Of a DNA stretch of 30,342 bases, positions 1-8,018 are shown piece after piece. Position 1 is the first letter of the stretch. Every line of letters starts with the position of its first letter. Below the pieces are notes generated by a model. The model did not search any database. It saw only the letters and a list, made by a program, of their open reading frames with translations, and was not told the DNA's origin. This stretch comes from Candidatus Sigynarchaeum calidifontis. Its GTDB lineage: Archaea > Asgardarchaeota > Lokiarchaeia > Sigyniarchaeales > Sigyniarchaeaceae. The stretch spans positions 1-30,342 of the forward strand of contig JAUQYZ020000071.1 of NCBI GenBank assembly GCA_030587475.2, written 5' to 3'. The position numbers were made by a program, and so were the translations under genes.

Positions 1-2
1 TC

Positions 3-1721
3 AATATTTCATTTTTTGGCGGTGCCGTGATGGGTTTACTCGTTACTGGTATCGGTCTTTTGGGTGTCTGGCTCATCTTTCTCTTGTATGGGGATCCAAT
101 TCTCGTGCTGGGTTTCAGTTTCGGCGCATCATCGATCGCTTTGTTCATGAAAGCCGGTGGTGGCATTTACACGAAAACAGCAGATGTTGGGGCGGATCTT
201 GTTGGAAAACTCGAGTTCAAACTTCCTGAAGATGACTCGCGTAACCCCGCGGCCGTCGCCGATAACGTCGGTGACAACGTAGGAGACATCGCGGGCATGG
301 GTGCCGACTTGCTCGATTCCTACATCGCTTCGCTTGTTGCGGCCATGTTACTCGGTTTTTCGGTCACGACCGGTTTGAGTACCATCTCCCGTGAGGCGTT
401 TGCATCATTTCCACTCATTATTAGTGCGGGCGGATTGCTTTCATCCATCGCCGGAATCCTTCTCGTCGGCAAGCTCGTGAGAAAGGATCCTGGAAATGCG
501 TTGAACACGGGTACGCTTCTCGCTGCGGTGCTTTACGGCGTGATCAGTGCCTTATTCACGATGACGCTTGCGGCGACGTCCCCTCCCGATTTAACAATTC
601 GGATTTGGAAAAACTGGCTCGCCGGTGTCTTCGGGGTCGGTGCCGGACTGATTATTGGTTTCACGACCAATTATTTCACGGACGACAACCAGAAACCCAC
701 CAAGATCACTGCCGAGGCTACACAAAAGGGGCATGCTATCACGGTACTCACCGGATTCTCTTTAGGGCTCTTGAGCATCTTGCCTACCTTGCTTGGTATC
801 ATATTAGCAATGATCGTCGCTTGGATCTGTGATGGAGTGTGGGGCATTGCAAACGCGGCTGTTGGAATGCTTGCAATTGTCGGTACGATCGTATCAAACG
901 ATGCATATGGACCCATCACAGATAATTCACGCAGCCTTGCTGAACAAGGTAAATTAAGCGAAGAGGCAATAGCGATTTGCGATGATCTCGATTCCGCGGG
1001 AAATACTGCCAAGGCTGTCACCAAGGGATTTGCGATCGGCGCCGCGGCACTCACTGTGCTGGCCCTCCTCTATTCTTACAAGAGCGAAGCCGAAGACATC
1101 CTCCCCACTCTCGTGTTGACCTTCGACTTGCTAGATGCGGAGACGATGATCGGGATGCTCATTGGGGCGGTCATCCCACCGGTATATAGCGCGGTTTTGA
1201 TCCGTGCCGTTCAAAAGAACGCGGGGCGCATGGTCGAAGAGGTGCGTCGACAGTTCACGGAACATCCTGGCATCCTGGAAGGCAAGGAAAAGGCGGATTA
1301 TGCCCGTTGCGTTGACATTGCAACGAAAGGTGCCCTCCAAGAACTGATCCTTCCTGCTCTAATGTCCATCGCAGCGCCCTTGATTACCGGTATTCTGTTC
1401 GGGATTAATGCGCTTGGGGCATTTCTTGCCAGTGCTATCGCAACCGGTTTCATTTTTGGCGTGTTATTTGGCAATGCTGGTGGCACGTGGGACAACGCGA
1501 AGAAATATGTCGAGGATGGCCATTTCGGGGGCAAGGGATCAGAAGCACATGCGGCGGCAATCACGGGCGATACGGTTGGTGATCCCTTCAAGGATACTGC
1601 GGGTCCATCGATTAACACCTTGATCTGTGTCATGGGCCTCACGGCATCCATGTTCCTCGTGCTATTCGCATCGATCGGCAATCCTGCTGGCACCGGCTTG
1701 TTTGGTAGCTTGTTGTTATAA
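3..1721 (+). CDS. hppA: Membrane-bound proton-translocating pyrophosphatase, K+-independent type (5'-truncated by window edge)
   Basis: The frame is open from position 3 (NISFFGGAVMG...). It carries the mPPase motifs GGGIYTKTADVGADLVGK, DNVGDNVGDIAGMGADL, DAYGPITDN, GGTWDNAKKYVE and GDTVGDPFKDTAGPS. The GNTAKAVTKG segment has Lys and Thr at the K+-dependence signature positions. Confidence 0.97.
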   Translation, partial: NISFFGGAVMGLLVTGIGLLGVWLIFLLYGDPILVLGFSFGASSIALFMKAGGGIYTKTADVGADLVGKLEFKLPEDDSRNPAAVADNVGDNVGDIAGMGADLLDSYIASLVAAMLLGFSVTTGLSTISREAFASFPLIISAGGLLSSIAGILLVGKLVRKDPGNALNTGTLLAAVLYGVISALFTMTLAATSPPDLTIRIWKNWLAGVFGVGAGLIIGFTTNYFTDDNQKPTKITAEATQKGHAITVLTGFSLGLLSILPTLLGIILAMIVAWICDGVWGIANAAVGMLAIVGTIVSNDAYGPITDNSRSLAEQGKLSEEAIAICDDLDSAGNTAKAVTKGFAIGAAALTVLALLYSYKSEAEDILPTLVLTFDLLDAETMIGMLIGAVIPPVYSAVLIRAVQKNAGRMVEEVRRQFTEHPGILEGKEKADYARCVDIATKGALQELILPALMSIAAPLITGILFGINALGAFLASAIATGFIFGVLFGNAGGTWDNAKKYVEDGHFGGKGSEAHAAAITGDTVGDPFKDTAGPSINTLICVMGLTASMFLVLFASIGNPAGTGLFGSLLL

Positions 1722-1727
1722 CCCCAA

Positions 1728-1758
1728 TTTCATTTTCTTTTGTTATCATCTTTTTTCC
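1728..1758 (+). terminator. Putative archaeal U-rich terminator after hppA
   Basis: T-tracts (ttttcttttg...ttttttcc) start a few nt after the stop codon, in a convergent intergenic region. Confidence 0.4.
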
Positions 1759-1843
1759 AATGGTTTCCTTTTATCACACCAAGCGTGAAAAGATCGGGCG
1801 ATTTGTAGATCGAACCGGCATGTTGACAAGTTGATCTAATGCA

Positions 1844-2305
1844 TCATAAACCGTATCTGGTTTTTAGCCAAACACGTGGCTCATCTTCATCGACCTTCAC
1901 GATCCCCGTGTCAACAACGGGGTCCTTGATCTCGAGGCCTTCGAGGTGATTGACAATCACGTTCCAAATATCGGGAGGTACACGGAGAAATTGGATAATA
2001 GCATCTTCTGAAATCTGCCCGTGAGCATGAAATTTAATGTGTGCTGAAACGATATGCCGCTGTGGGATGATGTCCATCTTATATTCCTTGACCTGGTGAA
2101 GCCCGGCTTCAAAACATAGCGTGTGCAATTTTTTTTTTCGGAACCAGCCTTGTTTTTCCATAAACGCGGCTACTATTATCGCCCGGCGCTGGGTGAGTAA
2201 AAACGTCGCCGGGAACCCGCGCATGAAGAAAAAAGCCTCGCGACCATTCACGTTCGTGCCCCAAGCCACGTTGAGCATCGTGCGAAATTTCACGAGAATC
2301 TTCAT
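1844..2305 (-). CDS. Hypothetical protein (~153 aa), possible PH-like (GRAM/GLUE/bPH-type) fold
   Basis: Start chosen at ATG 2305 (MKILVKF...). The longer 2455 extension runs through the presumed divergent promoter region. GFPATFLLTQRRAIIV is followed by predicted strands and a C-terminal amphipathic helix (PDIWNVIVNHLEGL). Confidence 0.55.
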   Translation of the reverse strand: MKILVKFRTMLNVAWGTNVNGREAFFFMRGFPATFLLTQRRAIIVAAFMEKQGWFRKKKLHTLCFEAGLHQVKEYKMDIIPQRHIVSAHIKFHAHGQISEDAIIQFLRVPPDIWNVIVNHLEGLEIKDPVVDTGIVKVDEDEPRVWLKTRYGL

Positions 2306-2516
2306 AGCATTATGTCGAGCATTCGGGTGCATTTGAGGTTTGTTTTCCGCAACCGTGGTTGCGGTCGTGTTTATTGCGTTCACGACGTAAACCGCCCATG
2401 CGCGATGTTGCGAACAAATCTTTTTGTGTCCTCCCGTCGAGGTTGATAAATGCACGCGTTTTATGGGACGGCTTCCACGCGTCGTTCCCTACCCGCGCGG
2501 CCCGAGGAAAAATAGT

Positions 2517-3359
2517 ATGAAAATAGGTTGCAGCGATTACTCCTTCCGGCACGAGCTAGAATCGAAAAGAATGAATTACATGGATGATTTCCCAGCAAGT
2601 GCAGCAAAACTTGGCATCAAGGGGCTCGAGCTCATCGATACCAGCCTGGAAAGGAATCTCCCGGATATCGACATCGAAACCGTGAAAAAATTCCAACAAT
2701 CCCTCAAGAGCAAGCACGGGCTCGATATCCTGGCCATCACCGGCATCAATGCCGGGCTAGGCTGGGGTTACGGCGCCGTGTGGGATCCTTTTCGCATCGA
2801 TGACATCAAGGGGTACATTGATCTCCACACGGGCATCACGATGGACTGGCTCGAGACTTGCGGGGCGCTCAAGATCCCGAACATGAGGTTCGATGCAGGC
2901 GGTTTCCAGGCAAGCCACAAGGTGCCGATCTACAAGGCCATTGACCTCAACATCGAGATCTACAAGCGCATCTTGACCCCGGTTTGCGCGCGGGCGAAAG
3001 AGCTCGGCGTGAAGGTGGGCGTGGAGAACCACGGGTATTTCACGTCCGACATCAAGGTGCTCAAGAAGCTGCTCGACGCCGTGCCGGGCCTGTGCGTGAC
3101 TTGTGACACGGGCAACTGGCCGTTCGAGACCCGGCTCGCGGACATCAAGGCCATCGCGGGCCAGGTTAACTTCATCCATGCCAAGTCCCACGTGTTCGAC
3201 GCTGATGGAAACGAGAAAAACATCGACTATCTTGCGATCAACGACATCGTGAGGGGTGCGGGTTTCGATGGCTGGTGGTCGATCGAATGGGAAGGACCAG
3301 GCTTGAGTGACGTTGAAGGCGTGCGAAAAACGTGTGAAATTCTCCAGAAACTCGAATGA
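2517..3359 (+). CDS. Sugar phosphate isomerase/epimerase (xylose-isomerase-like/AP endonuclease 2 TIM barrel)
   Basis: Begins MKIGCSDYSF. Metal-binding motifs VENHG, DTGNW, IHAK and SIEWEG. The ATG at 2517 is preceded by gagg. Confidence 0.88.
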   Translation: MKIGCSDYSFRHELESKRMNYMDDFPASAAKLGIKGLELIDTSLERNLPDIDIETVKKFQQSLKSKHGLDILAITGINAGLGWGYGAVWDPFRIDDIKGYIDLHTGITMDWLETCGALKIPNMRFDAGGFQASHKVPIYKAIDLNIEIYKRILTPVCARAKELGVKVGVENHGYFTSDIKVLKKLLDAVPGLCVTCDTGNWPFETRLADIKAIAGQVNFIHAKSHVFDADGNEKNIDYLAINDIVRGAGFDGWWSIEWEGPGLSDVEGVRKTCEILQKLE

Positions 3360-3368
3360 GCGTGGAAC

Positions 3369-5507
3369 ATGATGAACGCGATGGAATCGATAATCGGGAT
3401 CTTCGGCTCACGGTTCGAATTCAATTTCAGGCCGCGAGAGGGAAAGATAGATCATTCCGGACTCGGCAGGTTCTATGACGAGCCGCTGGATTTTGCACTT
3501 GGCATCGACGTCGATGGTGACATCGAGGCGCTGCCGTTCACGAAAAAACACAAGCACTTTCCTTCCACGTCCATGGCGCTGACCATGAACACGGTTTCGT
3601 ATTCGGGCATATCGACCGAGTTCCTCGCCGAAGTGCGGGTAACGTTCAACGCGCACTTCTACCCGAAAGACGAGGTCTTGTCCACGTTGCCCGTTTTCAT
3701 CATCGACATCGATGTCCGAAAGGCTCCTACTCGGGTGTTTGCTGGGGATATCGATGGCCGCCTTTTCTTGCGAATCTCCCGGAAAGACACTGCAATCGTA
3801 GCAAACAAGGATGGAGGCTGCATGTTATCGTACAAGGCAGATGGCTTGCAAGTGCAAGACGAGATCGTCGCATTCGGGAGCGACAAGAAGGTGCTCGCGG
3901 CGAACATAAAAGATAACATGGCAACGATTCTCGACGTCCCATACTCGGTGAACGAGCAATGGGTGCACGTCGCGACCGTGTTCTGGGGTTCCTTCGTCGC
4001 CGGCCCAGTGCTCGAGACCAAGCGGGGCACGGTCGAGTTCGCGTATACCCGCAACTTTGATTCAGCAGCCGAAGCCGTCAAGTATGCGATGACCAACGAG
4101 GAACGGATCCGCAAGAAAGCAGCAGCGTTTGACAAGGTGTTTCTCGACCCGGCCATCGGCAAGACCAGATCCGACTTTCTTGCCTTCGCCCACCAGAGCT
4201 TCGTCCAGAACGCGTGGCTCGGTTATCTTCCGGATGGCCGGCAATGGTATTCATCGTGGGAGGGCTCGTGCCAGTTCCACAGCACGATCGACGTAGAGTA
4301 CAATCAAGCCTGGTGGTATTACTGCTTCTGGCCCGAGCTGGCCGAGCTTCTCCTCGATGAATGGTCAGAATTCACGGAGGTAAACAAGCTTGGCCTCACG
4401 TACATGTGCCACGACATGGGATCGAGGCGTTCCGTGCTCAAGCAGATGTACCCGCACCCGATGGAGGTCGAAGAAAACGCGAACTACTTGCTCCTCCTCT
4501 TGATGCAATGGAAATACACGGGGAAGGAATCGGTCGTGAAGTCGAAAAAGGCCTTGATCGGCAAGATCGTCGACCATTTGATCGGGGTCGCGTTGACCGG
4601 CTCCGGCTTTCCCACCGAGGGCACGGCCAACACGATCGACGACGCGTCGCCCGCGATCCAGTACGCGCGGGAGCAGACCTACCTCGGCGTGAAGACCCTT
4701 TGCGCGCTACAGGCAGCGTGCGCACTCGCAAAGCCCCTGGAGGATCCAGCACTGGAAGAGCGATGCAAAGCGCAAGTCGCGCTCATCAACAAGACGCTCG
4801 AGGAGCGCGCCTGGATCGGCGACCACTATGCCGTTTGCATCGACAAGAACGCGAAGGGACTCAACGACGACGGCCACATCTTCACGCCGGCACCGTCGAA
4901 GGACGGTACCATCGAGGGATGGGATGCCTACACGCTCTACACGAGCAACGGGATGCTCTACCTGCTCGCGTCGGGGCTCAAGCCGGAATTGAACATCTCC
5001 CGCATAAAGATAGACATGGAAAACGCATGGCGCGCGTCGCTCGGTGAATATGGCAACTTTCACAGCTCGACAGATCACTCGAACGCGTGGCTCAGCCAGA
5101 ACATGCACCGGGACTTCGTCGGCATGTATATCGGCGTGCTCATTGACCAGTTCGACAGGTATTGGAACTTCGAGGTTTGGGAGAACACGGGCGGCAGGGG
5201 CGGCTGTTTCGTCGACACGTACGGCCACAACCACCTGCGGTATTATCCACGCGGTGCGACTGGATTCGGATGGTTCTTCGCGATGGCGGGGGTTAGCGTC
5301 GACAAGGTGGATGCCAAGGCGCATGTCGTGTCGACACGGCCGCAGATCGCGCCGATCGTCGTCCCACTGGTACAATTCATTAACTGGGAAGCTGAATCCA
5401 TTGCGATTCCGGTCTTGCGATCGTGGATCGAGGGAGGCGAGGTACGGGTGGCACTGGACCACGCGGCGGCGCTCGGCGATGTCGACCTTCGGCTCGAGAC
5501 GAAATGA
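3369..5507 (+). CDS. Cytoplasmic (alpha/alpha)6-barrel glycoside hydrolase, GH52/GH116-related (DUF4965/GtaA-like)
   Basis: Motifs WEGSC..STIDVEY, CHDMG, MEVEENANY, ANTIDD...AREQTYLGVK and HSSTDHSNAWLS parallel remembered GH52 motifs (EGEY, HDMG, TTYD...ARNNLYLAGK, SSTS.NSWLS). No signal peptide. Starts 9 nt after the isomerase gene. Confidence 0.65.
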   Translation: MMNAMESIIGIFGSRFEFNFRPREGKIDHSGLGRFYDEPLDFALGIDVDGDIEALPFTKKHKHFPSTSMALTMNTVSYSGISTEFLAEVRVTFNAHFYPKDEVLSTLPVFIIDIDVRKAPTRVFAGDIDGRLFLRISRKDTAIVANKDGGCMLSYKADGLQVQDEIVAFGSDKKVLAANIKDNMATILDVPYSVNEQWVHVATVFWGSFVAGPVLETKRGTVEFAYTRNFDSAAEAVKYAMTNEERIRKKAAAFDKVFLDPAIGKTRSDFLAFAHQSFVQNAWLGYLPDGRQWYSSWEGSCQFHSTIDVEYNQAWWYYCFWPELAELLLDEWSEFTEVNKLGLTYMCHDMGSRRSVLKQMYPHPMEVEENANYLLLLLMQWKYTGKESVVKSKKALIGKIVDHLIGVALTGSGFPTEGTANTIDDASPAIQYAREQTYLGVKTLCALQAACALAKPLEDPALEERCKAQVALINKTLEERAWIGDHYAVCIDKNAKGLNDDGHIFTPAPSKDGTIEGWDAYTLYTSNGMLYLLASGLKPELNISRIKIDMENAWRASLGEYGNFHSSTDHSNAWLSQNMHRDFVGMYIGVLIDQFDRYWNFEVWENTGGRGGCFVDTYGHNHLRYYPRGATGFGWFFAMAGVSVDKVDAKAHVVSTRPQIAPIVVPLVQFINWEAESIAIPVLRSWIEGGEVRVALDHAAALGDVDLRLETK

Positions 5508-5604
5508 TCCCCTCGCCCTCGTCCAAGGCGCTGGTGGATGCTTCCACGTGCTGATGTTCCCGTGCATACATTCAAATAGCCTCATCTTCTTGGTATAGTC
5601 ATTG

Positions 5605-5618
5605 CCGTGCATGCACGG
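5605..5618. promoter_or_regulatory. Perfect 14-bp palindrome CCGTGCATGCACGG, possible operator
   Basis: Read directly, 13 nt upstream of ATG 5632. A half-site copy CCCGTGCAT lies at 5559-5567. Confidence 0.3.
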
Positions 5619-5631
5619 GGGTAAATGCGCC

Positions 5632-7026
5632 ATGATCAAGGTCACAATAAAGCCCGTATTCCGGGATCAAGCAAACATCCAATTGCCACCAGAATCCGAT
5701 CTGGCCATCGAACCTGGGTACACTTACATCGCCGTTTCCGGGGTCCAGCAAAAACCTTTTTCTTTCTTGGCCAAGGTGCTCGAGGTAACTCCCGCGGACG
5801 TTCCGCGCCCCGTGCTCGAGGTCGATTCCCGCAAGACAGGGCCGCTAGCCGAGGGAGACGAGGTCGAGATGTTCCCTTACAACATCCCATTCGCCCGCAA
5901 GCTCGTGATTGGCATCCTTGACAAGTACCGGCTCATCACGCAAGGGAATTGGACATCGACGTTCTTGCCTGCGCTGAAGGATAAACTCTACGACGCGGCC
6001 GATGATCTCAACGTGGCGGTGAACATCGGTACTGGCGTTCAAATCGTGCAGGGAACAGCGCTGGAATCCGATCCAAAGTTTCCCGTGGTCGTCGGGGACA
6101 CGACCATCATCGAGATCCGCAAGCTCGACAGGGACAAGCTCGAAAGCGCCCGCAAGGCGGCAACCGAGCACAAGGTGACGCGTGCCAGGGCATGGCGGGA
6201 ATCGCAGCAAGCGAGTTTAAAGGCGCTGATGGGCAAGCTGAAAGCAGGCGCCGTCGCCAAGGCCAAGCGGACCATCGAGTTCAGCGGGTTTTCGAGCGTG
6301 AAGGCGGTATCGAGCCTCATCCGGGGGCTCACTTCGGGCCTGGAGGAGGTCGAGACCAGCGAGGAGGAGAGCGGCGGGATCTACACGGCACACCATGCAT
6401 GCATCGTGCGCGAGGAGCTTGAACCCACGACGGTCATCGAGTTCCAGGTATCGAGCCAGAAAGGCGACGGGGTCATCTCGCTGCTCGTGTTCGCGAGCGA
6501 CGCGGCCAAGGCGGAGAAGCTGGCGGGTGACATTCTGCAAGACCTCGCGCGGCTACAAGCCGGGTTGAAGGGGAAGATCGAGATCGCCACTGTGAAGGTT
6601 TCGGATGCGGACATCCAAGCCTTCATCCTTGAACAAGGTAGCAAGGAACCCATGCGACCGCTCGCCAAGATCGCCGAGATCATGGCCAAGGAACATCCGG
6701 ACTGGCGCGTGGATGCCCGGCGGATCGAGAAGGTAGCCAAGGAGATGGACAAGCGGGGGCTCATCTCGAAACTCGAGAAGATGGATACCGGGTTTTACAT
6801 GGTGCATTTCTTGCCGCCCGATGTCATGGACGACCCGCTCAAGGTCTTGGCGCTAGCCGACACGCGGGGCGTGCTGTCGAGGGCGGATGTCATGGCGGCG
6901 CTCAACTGGCCCGAGCTGCGGGCGACGAGCGCTCTCGATTTCCTGGAGAAGAAGGGCATCGCCAAACGGGACAAGTCGTACCTCGCGGGCGTGAAATACT
7001 ATTTCCCGACGACCAGGGCAAAATAG
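5632..7026 (+). CDS. Multidomain protein: CDC48/NSF/UFD1 N-domain-like + middle alpha/beta domain + C-terminal EAP30 (Vps22/Vps36, ESCRT-II-like) tandem winged helix
   Basis: The C-terminal LPPDVMDDPLKVLALADTRGVLSRADVMAALNWPELRATSALDFLEKKGIAKRD...KYYFP matches the Vps22/Snf8 pattern (P.EL..D...L.LA...G......V...L.W...R...AL..L...G.A..D.....YWFP). The N-terminal EGDEVEM..NIPFARKLVI...ESDPKFPVVVGDTTIIEI matches the CDC48 N-domain pattern. No Walker A motif seen. Confidence 0.72.
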   Translation: MIKVTIKPVFRDQANIQLPPESDLAIEPGYTYIAVSGVQQKPFSFLAKVLEVTPADVPRPVLEVDSRKTGPLAEGDEVEMFPYNIPFARKLVIGILDKYRLITQGNWTSTFLPALKDKLYDAADDLNVAVNIGTGVQIVQGTALESDPKFPVVVGDTTIIEIRKLDRDKLESARKAATEHKVTRARAWRESQQASLKALMGKLKAGAVAKAKRTIEFSGFSSVKAVSSLIRGLTSGLEEVETSEEESGGIYTAHHACIVREELEPTTVIEFQVSSQKGDGVISLLVFASDAAKAEKLAGDILQDLARLQAGLKGKIEIATVKVSDADIQAFILEQGSKEPMRPLAKIAEIMAKEHPDWRVDARRIEKVAKEMDKRGLISKLEKMDTGFYMVHFLPPDVMDDPLKVLALADTRGVLSRADVMAALNWPELRATSALDFLEKKGIAKRDKSYLAGVKYYFPTTRAK

Positions 7027-7074
7027 GACGAGAGATGTTTAGTGATTTCACGAACCTGAGCTGGGTGATCCGTC

Positions 7075-7995
7075 TTGCCTCATCCCTGGACGCGGAACGG
7101 GAAACTGGTCCTGTTCCTCCTGCCGGTATTGCTCGGAATTGTCGTCGTGCCCGTCCTCTTCGTAAAAGATAATTATTCCACGCTCGTAGGTTGGCTTATT
7201 ATCGAGCTCCTTATATGCTTCATTCTATTATTCCAGGGGATCTCAATCGTAATTGGAACCAAGGAACGAGGAGCATCTTTGAAGAATCGTGAGGTTGGCG
7301 TTTTCTTCATCTTGTCAGTGACCGTGATCGCTTGTTCCGCAAGTGGATATGCTGATACCCAGGCGACTCTAGACCGGATGCAATTCACGACGCTCGTCGA
7401 TCATCAACCAGTCGACATTCTGGCGGGGTCTCAAGCCTGGAATTATGCCTTCGCTGCCGACAACTATGATGACCTTCTGATCAAGATCGTCGGCTATGCA
7501 TCCGCCCCGTGCCCGACGAACGTGAAGTTACAATTCACGTGGACGGTATACCAGGACGGGACGTACTTGTATGGAGGCGACGTGCGTAAATTTGGCGGGG
7601 TAGGGTGTGAAGAGGATAACACGTCCGATCGAACCACAAGAATTAGCTTGTACGCGTGGAATTTCAAGGAAACGAATAAATTCAACATTTCCATCACGTT
7701 TTCATGCATTTCCTTTCCAGAAAATAACGAGGAAAGCATCTCCTTCACGATATACGGCACGACGAACTTCTCAAGGATCTGGTTTGGAGCGGGCGAGCTT
7801 AGACTCCTTTTTGGAACACCCCTTGTCATATGCACTGCTTCCGTGATTCTCGCGATACTGGGCATCATCCATATCGAGAGAGATCGATTGAAAAAGCGGC
7901 GACAAGCAAGCACCGAAACCGTGTGGAAGAGTTCCCCCTCAACTCCCGATCGTGATCTCCAAGATGACGGATCGAATCCCCAGGGATCTATTTAA
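7075..7995 (+). CDS. Hypothetical membrane protein (about 3 N-terminal TM helices, beta-rich external domain, C-terminal TM helix)
   Basis: TTG start preceded by GGGTGA. Clear hydrophobic segments. N-x-S/T sequons (NTS, NIS, NFS) in the soluble domain. Confidence 0.7.
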   Translation: MPHPWTRNGKLVLFLLPVLLGIVVVPVLFVKDNYSTLVGWLIIELLICFILLFQGISIVIGTKERGASLKNREVGVFFILSVTVIACSASGYADTQATLDRMQFTTLVDHQPVDILAGSQAWNYAFAADNYDDLLIKIVGYASAPCPTNVKLQFTWTVYQDGTYLYGGDVRKFGGVGCEEDNTSDRTTRISLYAWNFKETNKFNISITFSCISFPENNEESISFTIYGTTNFSRIWFGAGELRLLFGTPLVICTASVILAILGIIHIERDRLKKRRQASTETVWKSSPSTPDRDLQDDGSNPQGSI

Positions 7996-8018
7996 GGAGC
8001 TGTTGCGAGATCACGGGC

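Noticed and set aside
2129-2138. T10 homopolymer as a phase-variation site
   Set aside because: It reads in frame as RKKK on the minus-strand gene, and a single sequence gives no evidence of slippage.
4361-5645. Long alternative-frame ORFs (4361-5047 +, 4707-5645 -)
   Set aside because: Shadows of a GC3-rich real gene, with no motifs.
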